A DNA stretch of 64,000 nucleotides from Sphingobacteriaceae bacterium. GTDB lineage: Bacteria > Bacteroidota > Bacteroidia > B-17B0 > Aurantibacillaceae. Numbering within the stretch: the stretch's first letter is position 1; each line of letters opens with the position of its first letter. This document shows, one piece after another, positions 45,119-54,165 of this stretch. The position numbers and the translations under genes are program-made. The notes beneath the pieces are model-generated. The model did no database searches, was not told the DNA's origin, and saw only the letters and a program-made list of their open reading frames with translations. The stretch spans positions 7,066 through 71,065 of the forward strand of contig JAHEYG010000004.1 of NCBI GenBank assembly GCA_023251725.1, read 5' to 3'.

Positions 45119-45478
45119 TTATTTAGTTTCTTTTCGTTTTACGATTAACACCATTTCTTTATCCAATAATAAGTATCCGAATTCGTAACAATACACATAA
45201 GTGTTATTATTTTTTGTAAGAATTTGATTGGTGTAGAATTTAAAATTAAATCCTTTGTCGGAAAGTTTTTGTTTAGGTAGCGTCGTGGTTTCGCCTTTTA
45301 AATTTTCTTCGAGCAGGCGACGATTTTTTCGTAAAATATTATTTACGTTGCGTACATAATTATTGGTATCGCTGTTTAAACGATTATTGTGAGCATTGCG
45401 GCATAAATCGCTGCAAAACTTTTTATCTGAGCGCCCTTTAATAATTTCACCGCATTCGGTACAGATTTTCTTCTCCAT
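45119..45478 (-). CDS. Hypothetical zinc-ribbon protein
   Basis: MEKKICTECGEIIKGRSDKKFCSDLCRNAHNN contains a CxxC...C...C motif. 119 aa. Confidence 0.65.
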   Translation of the reverse strand: MEKKICTECGEIIKGRSDKKFCSDLCRNAHNNRLNSDTNNYVRNVNNILRKNRRLLEENLKGETTTLPKQKLSDKGFNFKFYTNQILTKNNNTYVYCYEFGYLLLDKEMVLIVKRKETK

Positions 45479-45484
45479 TAAAAA

Positions 45485-46462
45485 TTATTTTCTAAACCAA
45501 TTAATAGTTCGTTGTAATCCTTCTTCAAATAATATTTCGGGCAGATAACCTAAATTATTTTTTGCTTCTGTAATATCTGCCAGCGAATTTTTTACATCGC
45601 CAAAACGTTCTTCGCGGTGAATGGCTTTTGCATTGGGATTAATTTGATTTGCGATAAATTCAAACATTTTATTTACGCTTACGCTTTGTCCACAAGCAAT
45701 ATTAAATACTTTTCCTAAGGCATTTTTATTTTCATTCAATAAAGCTTTTATGTTTGCCTGTACCGCATTATCAATAAAAGTAAAATCGCGGCTCTGTTCT
45801 CCCGAGCCGTTTATATAAACCGGTTCGTTTTTCATTAACGATTCAATAAATAAAGGAATAGCCGCGGCGTAGGCACCGTTAGGGTTTTGCCGCGGACCAA
45901 AAATATTAAAATATCTCAACCCTATAATTTCCATATTATACGTTGAAGCAAAGATGGCGGCGTATTGCTCATTTACTTTTTTACTAACTGCATAAGGCGA
46001 AAGCGGTTTGCCAATGCGGTTTTCTACTTTCGGACTCTCATTCAAATCACCATAAACCGATGAAGAACTTGCGTATACAATTCGTTTTACCTTATTATTT
46101 TTTGCAGCAATTAAAATATTAATGAATCCGGTGGCGTTGGCCTGATGTGTTGCCAATGGGTTTTCGATACTGCGCGGTACAGAACCTAATGCCGCCTGAT
46201 GCGAAACATAATCAATTCCTATGCACGCTTTTTCGCAATCAACAGGATTAGTAATGTCGCCTTCGGTAAATTCGAAATTACTTAAAGATAAAAATGGTTT
46301 AATGTTTTCTAAATACCCTGTCGTTAAATTATCGAGAACACGAACTTTTTTGGCCTTATTATTCAATAAAAATTCTGCAATATGTGAGCCTATAAAACCG
46401 GCTCCTCCCGTAACAAGAAAAGTACTATTTTCTATTTGGTTATTTTTTAACACAGAGGTCAC
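45485..46462 (-). CDS. SDR-family NAD-dependent nucleotide-sugar epimerase (TviC/WbpP-like)
   Basis: TGGAGFIGSH Rossmann motif, YAVSK catalytic Y-x3-K. 325 aa. Confidence 0.8.
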   Translation of the reverse strand: MTSVLKNNQIENSTFLVTGGAGFIGSHIAEFLLNNKAKKVRVLDNLTTGYLENIKPFLSLSNFEFTEGDITNPVDCEKACIGIDYVSHQAALGSVPRSIENPLATHQANATGFINILIAAKNNKVKRIVYASSSSVYGDLNESPKVENRIGKPLSPYAVSKKVNEQYAAIFASTYNMEIIGLRYFNIFGPRQNPNGAYAAAIPLFIESLMKNEPVYINGSGEQSRDFTFIDNAVQANIKALLNENKNALGKVFNIACGQSVSVNKMFEFIANQINPNAKAIHREERFGDVKNSLADITEAKNNLGYLPEILFEEGLQRTINWFRK

Positions 46463-46490
46463 ACAGGTTTATGAGTTTCACAGAGAAACG

Positions 46491-47546
46491 TTATCGTTTT
46501 ACGTATTGAGCGTCGTAATATTTTTGGTATTCTCCCGAAGTAACATTTCTAAGCCACTCTTCGTTTTGCAAATACCAATCCACCGTTTTATCCAAACCTT
46601 CTTCAAATTGTAATGAAGGTTTCCAACCTAATTCTTTTTGCAGTTTTGTTGAATCAATGGCGTAACGTAAATCGTGACCGGCTCTGTCTTTTACAAACGA
46701 GATTAGTTTTTCATTTGTTCCTTCTGCCCTATTCAGTTTCTTATCCATTATTTTGCAAAGCAAACGTATTACATCAATGTTGGTCCATTCGTTATGTCCG
46801 CCGATATTGTAAGTATTACCGGGTTTTGTATTATGAAAAATTACATCAATGGCGCGAGCATGATCTTCAACAAACAACCAGTCTCTAACGTTCTCGCCCT
46901 TGCCGTAAATAGGAAGCGGTTTATTATTTTTAATATTGCTGATACAAAGCGGAATTAATTTTTCGGGAAAATGATTGGGACCATAATTATTAGAACAATT
47001 TGAAATAACAACCGGCAAACCATAAGTATCGTAATACGCCCGCACAAAATGATCGGAACTTGCTTTTGAGGCAGAGTACGGACTGTGCGGATCGTATGAA
47101 GTTGTTTCTGTAAACAAACCTGTATCGCCTAAGGAACCATAAACTTCATCGGTGCTGACATGATAAAACATTTTGAATTTTAAAGAATCAAGTTTGTAAA
47201 GTTGCTTTGCGGCATTTAATAAATTTACTGTTCCAATAACATTCGTATAAACAAATTCTAAGGGATTGGTAATACTTCTATCGACATGACTTTCGGCGGC
47301 TAAATGTATTACAGCATTAAATTTATGTTCTTCAAATAATTTATTAATAAAATTGGCATCAACAATATCGCCTTTAATAAATTTGTAATTTGGTTTATTT
47401 TCGATATCGGTTAAATTTGCCAGATTACCCGCGTAAGTCAATTTATCGAGATTGTAAATTGTAACATCGGGATATTTATTTACAAATAATCTCACCACAT
47501 GTGAACCAATAAATCCTGCGCCGCCCGTTATTAATATTTTCATCAT
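46491..47546 (-). CDS. rfbB: dTDP-glucose 4,6-dehydratase
   Basis: ITGGAGFIGSH, HLAAESHVDRS, STDEVYG, YSASKA. 351 aa. Confidence 0.88.
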   Translation of the reverse strand: MMKILITGGAGFIGSHVVRLFVNKYPDVTIYNLDKLTYAGNLANLTDIENKPNYKFIKGDIVDANFINKLFEEHKFNAVIHLAAESHVDRSITNPLEFVYTNVIGTVNLLNAAKQLYKLDSLKFKMFYHVSTDEVYGSLGDTGLFTETTSYDPHSPYSASKASSDHFVRAYYDTYGLPVVISNCSNNYGPNHFPEKLIPLCISNIKNNKPLPIYGKGENVRDWLFVEDHARAIDVIFHNTKPGNTYNIGGHNEWTNIDVIRLLCKIMDKKLNRAEGTNEKLISFVKDRAGHDLRYAIDSTKLQKELGWKPSLQFEEGLDKTVDWYLQNEEWLRNVTSGEYQKYYDAQYVKR

Positions 47547-47576
47547 TTAAAATTTATCATTCAACATTTAAAATTT

Positions 47577-48869
47577 CTAAAGACTCCAATAAGTAAATGA
47601 TTTTATTTTTCCCTTGTACATCCCTTTCACATCCACCACAATTCCGTTTTTATTTAAGATGCCCGAAAAATATTTATCATCAAAACCTTTATACTCTTTA
47701 TGATTTACAGCTACAATTACGCCATCGTAACCTTTTCCTAATTTATTTAAACCAAAACCGTATTCATGCTTTAATTCATCGCTGTCGGCATGCGGATCAA
47801 CAATTTCTACTTTCACACCAAACGATTTTAATTCTTTTACAATATCGGCCACTTTGCTATTTCTGATATCGCTTACATCTTCTTTAAAAGTTGCCCCCAT
47901 TACCAAAACTTTACTTTTGCTGATATTTTTATGCGCAGCAATTATTTTTTTTACGCAGGTTTTTGCAACATAAAATCCCATACTGTCGTTTACATATCGA
48001 CCACTATTGATAACACGCGCGTGATATCCGAGTTCTTCGGCTTTGTAAGTTAAGTAATACGGATCAACGCCAATGCAATGGCCGCCTACTAAACCCGGCG
48101 AGAATCTTAAAAAATTCCATTTTGTTCCGGCAGCTTCTAAAACATCGTAAGTATTAATTCCTAATCGCGAAAAAATAATAGAGAGCTCATTCATCAATGC
48201 AATATTTACATCTCGCTGTGTGTTCTCAATAATTTTAGCGGCTTCGGCCACTTTTATGGAAGATGCTTTATGAGTTCCGGGTTCTACAATAATTTCATAC
48301 ACACTCGAAATATTTTCCAAACTTTCTTTATCACAACCCGAAACAATTTTTAAAATTTTGGTAATGGTATGTTCTTTATCTCCGGGATTAATTCTCTCAG
48401 GAGAATAACCTACTTTAAAATCTTTTATAAATTTTAAACCCGAATGTTCTTCTAAAACAGGAATGCAATCTTCCTCTGTACAGCCGGGATAAACTGTAGA
48501 TTCATAAACAACGTAATCGCCTTTTTTCAAAACTTTTCCCACTGTAGTGGAAGCGCCCAGCAAAGGTTTTAAATCCGGTAAATTATGCTCGTCGATTGGC
48601 GTTGGAACAGCAATAATAAAAAAATTAGCCCTCTTTAAGTCTTCTAATTTATGAGTAAAGGAAATGCTGCAACCGGCAAAATCTTTTTTAGAAAGTTCGT
48701 TACTCGGATCCACCCCATTCTGCATCATCTTAACTCGCTTCTCATTTATATCGAAACCAATAACTTTTACTTTTTTTGCAAAAGCCAATGCAATTGGTAA
48801 TCCAACATATCCTAAACCAATAACTGCAATGGTAGAATTTTTTTTAATTATTTTCTCGTAAATATTCAT
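47577..48869 (-). CDS. Nucleotide-sugar 6-dehydrogenase (TviB/WbpO/VipA-like UDP-GlcNAc/UDP-GalNAc dehydrogenase)
   Basis: VIGLGYVGLP Rossmann motif and GLVGGHCIGVDPYY catalytic Cys motif. 430 aa. Confidence 0.85.
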   Translation of the reverse strand: MNIYEKIIKKNSTIAVIGLGYVGLPIALAFAKKVKVIGFDINEKRVKMMQNGVDPSNELSKKDFAGCSISFTHKLEDLKRANFFIIAVPTPIDEHNLPDLKPLLGASTTVGKVLKKGDYVVYESTVYPGCTEEDCIPVLEEHSGLKFIKDFKVGYSPERINPGDKEHTITKILKIVSGCDKESLENISSVYEIIVEPGTHKASSIKVAEAAKIIENTQRDVNIALMNELSIIFSRLGINTYDVLEAAGTKWNFLRFSPGLVGGHCIGVDPYYLTYKAEELGYHARVINSGRYVNDSMGFYVAKTCVKKIIAAHKNISKSKVLVMGATFKEDVSDIRNSKVADIVKELKSFGVKVEIVDPHADSDELKHEYGFGLNKLGKGYDGVIVAVNHKEYKGFDDKYFSGILNKNGIVVDVKGMYKGKIKSFTYWSL

Positions 48870-48877
48870 AGTACTTT

Positions 48878-49921
48878 TTAATTATTTTTTTTAAATAAAT
48901 TTTCGGGGCGCAAAGCATAAATACGTTCAATGATATCTACCACTTTTAATCCTTCGAGTGCGTTGGTTGAAATTTTATTTTTTCCGTTCAATGTATCAAT
49001 TACATTTTCAATTACAAAATTATGATTGTTGGCAGAACCTTTGTAAGCCCCGTAATCGTTGGCAGGATTTGTAGCCGCTAACAAAGGCATTTTATAATCT
49101 TTAATATTGCAAATTTCAATTTGATCCATGTACTGTCCGCCCACTTTAACCGAACCTTTGCTTCCTATAATGGTCAACGACGATTCTAAATTTTTATCCC
49201 ACACAGCGGTTGAATAATTTACACAGCCCATTCCGCCATTCACAAAATCGAAACTTACGAAACCGCTGTCTTCAAACGCCGTTGTATTTTGGTGATTAAA
49301 ATCGGCGAACTTTGCCTGTATGTTTGTAATATCGCCGAACAACCAATACATAATATCTATCCAATGAGAAAACTGTGTAAACAAAGTACCGCCATCTAAA
49401 TCCTGTGTGCCTTTCCAATTTCCTTTTTTATAATAACGTTCATCCCGGTTCCAATAGCAATTCAACTGCACCATGTAAATATCGCCAATGATTTTATTTT
49501 CAACTACCTCTTTTAACCAAACCGAAGGCGGCGAATAACGGTTTTGCATTACACAAAAAATAGTTTTATGTTGATGCAAGGCGGTAAAAACAATTTTTTC
49601 GCAATCGGCTTTTGTTAAGGCCATCGGTTTTTCGACCACCACATTTTTACCTGACTCCAACGCTTTAATAGCGTGCTGTGCATGTAAACCGTTAGGCGAG
49701 CAAACATTCACCACTTCCACTTCGGGATGCGCTTTTAGTAAGTCATCACTATTCTGATAAAATTTTTCTTTTAAATCCTCCAGTCCTAATTTATCTTTCT
49801 GCAACACATCGCACACAGCAATTAACTCACAATTAGGATTGCGACGCACCATTTCGGCGTGGCGTTTACCAATGTGACCTTGTCCGATGACTGCAAATTT
49901 TATTTTTTTATGCTGTTCCAT
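48878..49921 (-). CDS. Gfo/Idh/MocA-family oxidoreductase (WbpB-like)
   Basis: FAVIGQGHIGKRH N-terminal Rossmann motif and VVVEKPMA motif. It sits between a sugar dehydrogenase and a WbpD-like acetyltransferase. Confidence 0.8.
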   Translation of the reverse strand: MEQHKKIKFAVIGQGHIGKRHAEMVRRNPNCELIAVCDVLQKDKLGLEDLKEKFYQNSDDLLKAHPEVEVVNVCSPNGLHAQHAIKALESGKNVVVEKPMALTKADCEKIVFTALHQHKTIFCVMQNRYSPPSVWLKEVVENKIIGDIYMVQLNCYWNRDERYYKKGNWKGTQDLDGGTLFTQFSHWIDIMYWLFGDITNIQAKFADFNHQNTTAFEDSGFVSFDFVNGGMGCVNYSTAVWDKNLESSLTIIGSKGSVKVGGQYMDQIEICNIKDYKMPLLAATNPANDYGAYKGSANNHNFVIENVIDTLNGKNKISTNALEGLKVVDIIERIYALRPENLFKKNN

Positions 49922-50035
49922 CCTTTTTTACTCCGTGTTTGTTTTGTTTCAGTTTACGAATTCCTTTTTATTTATTTCCGGTTCGCTTGTTCAAATGTTC
50001 TATTGCTCAATTGTTCAAATGTTCGCTTGTTTTTT

Positions 50036-50614
50036 TTAAGAAACTCTCTTCACAAAATTATTTTCTAATTTATATTTCTGTCCGCTTTCATTACAGGCAG
50101 CATTTCCATCCTTATCAAATTCTAACTTGTGACCGAATTCACTCATCCATCCGGTTTGTCGTGCGGGATTTCCGATAACCAAAGCAAATGGCGGAACTGT
50201 TTTTGTAACAACAGCACCCGCACCAATGAAAGCGAATTCACCAATATCGTGTCCGCACACAATGGTAGCATTTGCACCAATGGATGCGCCTTTGCCAACA
50301 TGTGTTTTAGAATATTCTGATTTTCGATTAACAGCGCTTCTTGGATTAATTACATTGGTAAAAACCATCGACGGGCCCAAAAAAACATCATCATCACAAA
50401 TAACGCCGGTGTAAATAGAGACGTTATTCTGAACCTTTACATTTTTTCCCAAAACAACACCCGGCGAAATAACTACATTTTGACCAATATTGCAGTTTTC
50501 TCCCAATATGCTATCAGGCATTAAATGAGAAAAGTGCCATATTTTGGTTCCTTTTCCAATGGTACAACCTTCATCAATTAAGGCTGTGGGATGTGCAAAA
50601 TAGTGTGTTTTCAT
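50036..50614 (-). CDS. Left-handed beta-helix (hexapeptide) N-acetyltransferase, WbpD/WlbB-like
   Basis: Hexapeptide repeats (IGKGTKIWHFSHL, IGQNVVISPGVVLGKNVKVQNNVSI, IGANATIVCG). The ATG at 50614 is preferred over the TTG at 50635. Confidence 0.82.
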   Translation of the reverse strand: MKTHYFAHPTALIDEGCTIGKGTKIWHFSHLMPDSILGENCNIGQNVVISPGVVLGKNVKVQNNVSIYTGVICDDDVFLGPSMVFTNVINPRSAVNRKSEYSKTHVGKGASIGANATIVCGHDIGEFAFIGAGAVVTKTVPPFALVIGNPARQTGWMSEFGHKLEFDKDGNAACNESGQKYKLENNFVKRVS

Positions 50615-50811
50615 TGGGGTTTGTTCAATCTGCAAACTTAAAAAGAAATGTTACAATGTACAATTAATATCGTTTTTAAATGGCACAATTAGTGTGAAAA
50701 AAACATTTTTTTGAAAAACACCTCTAAAAATCAGTCTACTTTAAACGATAATTTACCAACAAAATTATCAATTTTAGCGACTTTTTTTGAAAAAATTCAG
50801 AAATTTTTGTA

Positions 50812-50830
50812 TTATATTTACATCCCTTTT
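50812..50830 (+). promoter_or_regulatory. Promoter-like -7 box plus conserved downstream CATCCCTTTT, upstream of the synthase operon
   Basis: TTATATTTACATCCCTTTT matches TTATATTTGCATCCCTTTT at 41428-41446 (rpmB promoter) in 18 of 19 positions. It lies 25 nt upstream of the ATG at 50855. Confidence 0.4.
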
Positions 50831-50854
50831 GTGCGAAATAAAAGCGGATGGAAA

Positions 50855-52933
50855 ATGACTAACTGTTATAAAAAAATTTCTTTGGTTTGCCTTTGTTTTT
50901 TGTGTTCAGTGTTTGGGAAAACTCAAACTTCGCTGGACTCCAATATTGATTCTTATATAAAGGATTTAAGCGCTGTTTGGAGTAAATACGATACTATTTC
51001 TTTTAACTCATTTTTTAGTGTAGATACCCTTGCCAAACCCACTTTTACCGTTTCTTTTTTTAATCCCGCCTCCAAACTAAAATCGTTGCAACTTCAAATT
51101 AACCGACAGGAACAACTCATAAAAAAGAAAGATTTGGGTTTTTCATTAAATGGTTTGTATCAATATAATTTTCAAAGACCATTTGCCGATCCTAATGAAA
51201 TTATTGTATTCAGGCAAAAAGCAACTTTTGGTATTGATTGGGATTTTTTGAATAACGGCTTATACGAAAATCGGATTTTATTCGGACAATTAAAAAATAA
51301 ATACAAAGCCATTAATGCTAAACGACTGGAAGAAAACGTTGCAAAATTTCAACAAAAAAACACAGAGAACATCATCAATTTTTTCAATAAACATAAACTT
51401 TCTGTTCTCCAAAAACGAAGAGAATTGGTGAATGACCAAAAACCCACAGTAGAAAAATTGTATGCACTTAAACAATTAACTACCGACAGTTATATTAAAT
51501 TATTCCAACACGAAACCGATATTTACGGACAACTTAATTTATACCGGGGATATAATGATGCGGCGCGATTAATTTCGAGCGACAGTAATTCAATAAAAGA
51601 AACTCCGCCTTTGGTGGATATTGATGTTCAGAAATTGTTTCAGATTTCTAACATTACCACTCCCGACTCCTCTGTTTATTACGAAAAAGAATCTTTAAAG
51701 CAGGGAAGCTATTTTTTGAGAGACTTAACCTTAAGAGCTTCTCTTAAATACAATTATTACGATCTTTATAATAACACAACGCTAGACCGCAACTTTGTTT
51801 CTGTAGGAATGAATTTTTCGATGCCCTTGGCTTTTAATTATTCGAACAAAAAAGAGTTGAACCGTTTGAACGGCGAATTGATTCAAACAAAAAACACAGC
51901 CCCTAATCAGGATTTAAATTATATTCTTATAAATACGTTTTACGAATACCGTTACAAACTTAAACAGTATTTTAATTTTATTGAGAAAAGAAAAGCGTTT
52001 GGCGAATTGATAAGAACCGAACAGGTGAAAAAACAAATGGGCGACATTGAATTTAATCCGAACACCGCTTTATATATTTTAGATGATTATTGGTCAATTA
52101 CCATTGAATTGCTCGATATAAAACAAGATTTGTATAAATTACTTCTCGCCATTAATGCCAAGCTTCCTAATCATGTTTTGAACGATTTTATTAAACCGGT
52201 CGAAATTGCACAGTATGCACAGCCGGTTGAAAAACCCTACCGAGCAATTTACATTTGGAGCGATGCATTTAAAAATCACGATGTACAAGTGCTTACTAAT
52301 TATTGCGAGTTAAACGAATTCAGTCATCTTCTTTTGTCCTATAACACTACTAAAAGTCATTTGCAAAATGTAAATCAGTTTATTTCTAAAAATTATACTA
52401 AAAATATTGCTTTAATGGTTGGAAGCAATAAATTATTTACCAATGGAAATATTTCATCTTACCTCGATTCTTTAAAACAAAATATTAATCTCACTTTCAT
52501 AAAAGAAATTCATTTAGATATTGAACCGCACACCATGGATGGCTTCAAAGAAAATAAAGATGCTTTTTTTGCAAAATATATTAAGCTATTAAAACTGGCG
52601 CAACAGTTTACCGGTAAAAACAAATTAAATTTATCGGTTTCCATTCCATTAAATTATCCCGAATCGGTACTCACCGAAATATTTAAATTATGCAGTAATG
52701 TGTATTTAATGGCTTATGAAAATGTGAAGCCTGAATTTATAAACGAAAAAATAAAAGAAGAAATTGCTTTAGGAAAAGATAAAATTGTAATTGCACTTCG
52801 CACAAAAGATTTCGAAAACCGTTCGGCCATGGACCAGCATTTTAAACTTTTCCAAATAAAAAAAATTGCCTATCACGATATTGATGACTTATTGAATTTT
52901 GATAATAAAAGTATTAATGTGAAAGATAAATGA
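50855..52933 (+). CDS. Outer-membrane factor (TolC-like) region fused to a C-terminal ~230-aa alpha/beta (TIM-barrel-like?) domain
   Basis: The start at ATG 50855 gives a signal peptide (ISLVCLCFLCSVFGKTQ). The N-terminal ~450 aa alternate beta-strands (LSLNGLYQYNF, ASLKYNYYDLY, VSVGMNFSMPL) with long helices, as in OEP/TolC. The C-terminal part shows repeated strand-helix units (IYIWSD, HLLLSY, IALMVGS, IHLDIEPH, LSVSIPL, VYLMAYE, IVIALR). Confidence 0.6.
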   Translation: MTNCYKKISLVCLCFLCSVFGKTQTSLDSNIDSYIKDLSAVWSKYDTISFNSFFSVDTLAKPTFTVSFFNPASKLKSLQLQINRQEQLIKKKDLGFSLNGLYQYNFQRPFADPNEIIVFRQKATFGIDWDFLNNGLYENRILFGQLKNKYKAINAKRLEENVAKFQQKNTENIINFFNKHKLSVLQKRRELVNDQKPTVEKLYALKQLTTDSYIKLFQHETDIYGQLNLYRGYNDAARLISSDSNSIKETPPLVDIDVQKLFQISNITTPDSSVYYEKESLKQGSYFLRDLTLRASLKYNYYDLYNNTTLDRNFVSVGMNFSMPLAFNYSNKKELNRLNGELIQTKNTAPNQDLNYILINTFYEYRYKLKQYFNFIEKRKAFGELIRTEQVKKQMGDIEFNPNTALYILDDYWSITIELLDIKQDLYKLLLAINAKLPNHVLNDFIKPVEIAQYAQPVEKPYRAIYIWSDAFKNHDVQVLTNYCELNEFSHLLLSYNTTKSHLQNVNQFISKNYTKNIALMVGSNKLFTNGNISSYLDSLKQNINLTFIKEIHLDIEPHTMDGFKENKDAFFAKYIKLLKLAQQFTGKNKLNLSVSIPLNYPESVLTEIFKLCSNVYLMAYENVKPEFINEKIKEEIALGKDKIVIALRTKDFENRSAMDQHFKLFQIKKIAYHDIDDLLNFDNKSINVKDK

Positions 52934-53023
52934 GAATTGAGAATTGAGAATTTAAGTGTAAAAATTGTCAATCTTTAAAATTGCTCCGAAGGAGTGCCTT
53001 CGGCTTAAATTGTAAATAATATA

Positions 53024-54157
53024 ATGAAAAGTATAAATTTTCAAAGAAACAAATCACTTATTCGTGTAGTAAACGAACCCGATAAAAAAGCGAAAAAACG
53101 CAATTGGGATAAGTTAATTTACATTGCTCTATTGGCGATTTTGGTGTGCTTTGGAACATATTATTTTATTGATAAGGGTTTTTTTGTGAATGCACAAGGT
53201 CAGGTTTTGATTGACGAAACTCACGTAAGATTAACCGATGATGTTCGGCTTTTAGAATATAAAGTTAAAGAAGGTGATAGCATCAGCATGGGCGATACTT
53301 TATTTTGCTACGCTTTTGGTTTAGATAAAGTAAACGGCACTTCAAGTATTGGCACCGATGGTTCAATAAATTTAAACGCCGGCGGTAATGAAGATATGTG
53401 GTGGTTTAAAGAATCATTTAGCATAAAAAAGAAAATAGCCACTAATAGAATTTCTCTCGAAAAAAATAAAATTTTAATTGATAGTTATGAAAAAGAAATA
53501 AAACGATTAACCAATGAAGTGGTGTTAGACGTATTACCAAAAACACGCTTAGATTATGCGCAAACACAAATACTAAATTTAAAAACCACCAATGCAAAAT
53601 TAGCAGCCGAAAATAGTGAATTTGCAGGTTTAGCGAGCACCTTACATCCCTTCGATAATAAAGGGAGGGTTGATTTTGTTAGAAGCGGAGGCTCGTTAAT
53701 TGGTAACGGTGGCTATTCGTTTTTTAAAGGCGGAACAGTAAGTAATTTCAGCGGTGAAATTTTAAGTGAACCTAAATTTTTTAGAGCCCCACTCGAAGGT
53801 ATTGTTACGCGTGTGTATATTCGTCAGCACGAAACTGCCTTGAAATCTGAAACTATTCTCACCATTCACAAACGTTATCCCACCACCATTAAAGCATTTT
53901 TTGAACAACAAGATTTACGTTATTTCAAAGTGGGCGATATTTTTACTTTAACGTTCCCTGACGGGACCGTTAGTCAGGGTATTTTACGCCGTTTTTACAT
54001 TGCCACTTATAATATGCCCGAAGAATTTCAGAAAAAATATGAATCTACCACCCGAGCCGTGGCAGCTGATATTTATCCGCTTACTAAAGAAGATTCCGAT
54101 AAATGGTGTGCCTTTCATAAAATGAGTGTAGAGATTACAAAATTTAAATACAATTAA
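53024..54157 (+). CDS. HlyD-type membrane-fusion (periplasmic adaptor) protein
   Basis: N-terminal TM (LIYIALLAILVCFGTYYFI), a lipoyl-like hairpin (VKEGDSISMGDTLFCY), a coiled coil (KKIATNRISLEKNKILIDSYEKEIKRLTNE), and a beta-barrel segment (GIVTRVYIRQHETALKSETILTI). Confidence 0.7.
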   Translation: MKSINFQRNKSLIRVVNEPDKKAKKRNWDKLIYIALLAILVCFGTYYFIDKGFFVNAQGQVLIDETHVRLTDDVRLLEYKVKEGDSISMGDTLFCYAFGLDKVNGTSSIGTDGSINLNAGGNEDMWWFKESFSIKKKIATNRISLEKNKILIDSYEKEIKRLTNEVVLDVLPKTRLDYAQTQILNLKTTNAKLAAENSEFAGLASTLHPFDNKGRVDFVRSGGSLIGNGGYSFFKGGTVSNFSGEILSEPKFFRAPLEGIVTRVYIRQHETALKSETILTIHKRYPTTIKAFFEQQDLRYFKVGDIFTLTFPDGTVSQGILRRFYIATYNMPEEFQKKYESTTRAVAADIYPLTKEDSDKWCAFHKMSVEITKFKYN

Positions 54158-54165
54158 TATCACAA

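Noticed and set aside
46221-47866. Plus-strand ORFs 46221-46613, 46613-46888 and 47597-47866
   Set aside because: They are antisense to well-supported sugar-nucleotide enzyme genes (epimerase, RfbB, dehydrogenase).
50711-50854. 48-codon upstream extension of the OMP ORF
   Set aside because: It would place ~48 residues in front of the signal peptide, and it contains the promoter-like TATATTTACATCCC element. The ATG at 50855 gives a standard signal peptide.
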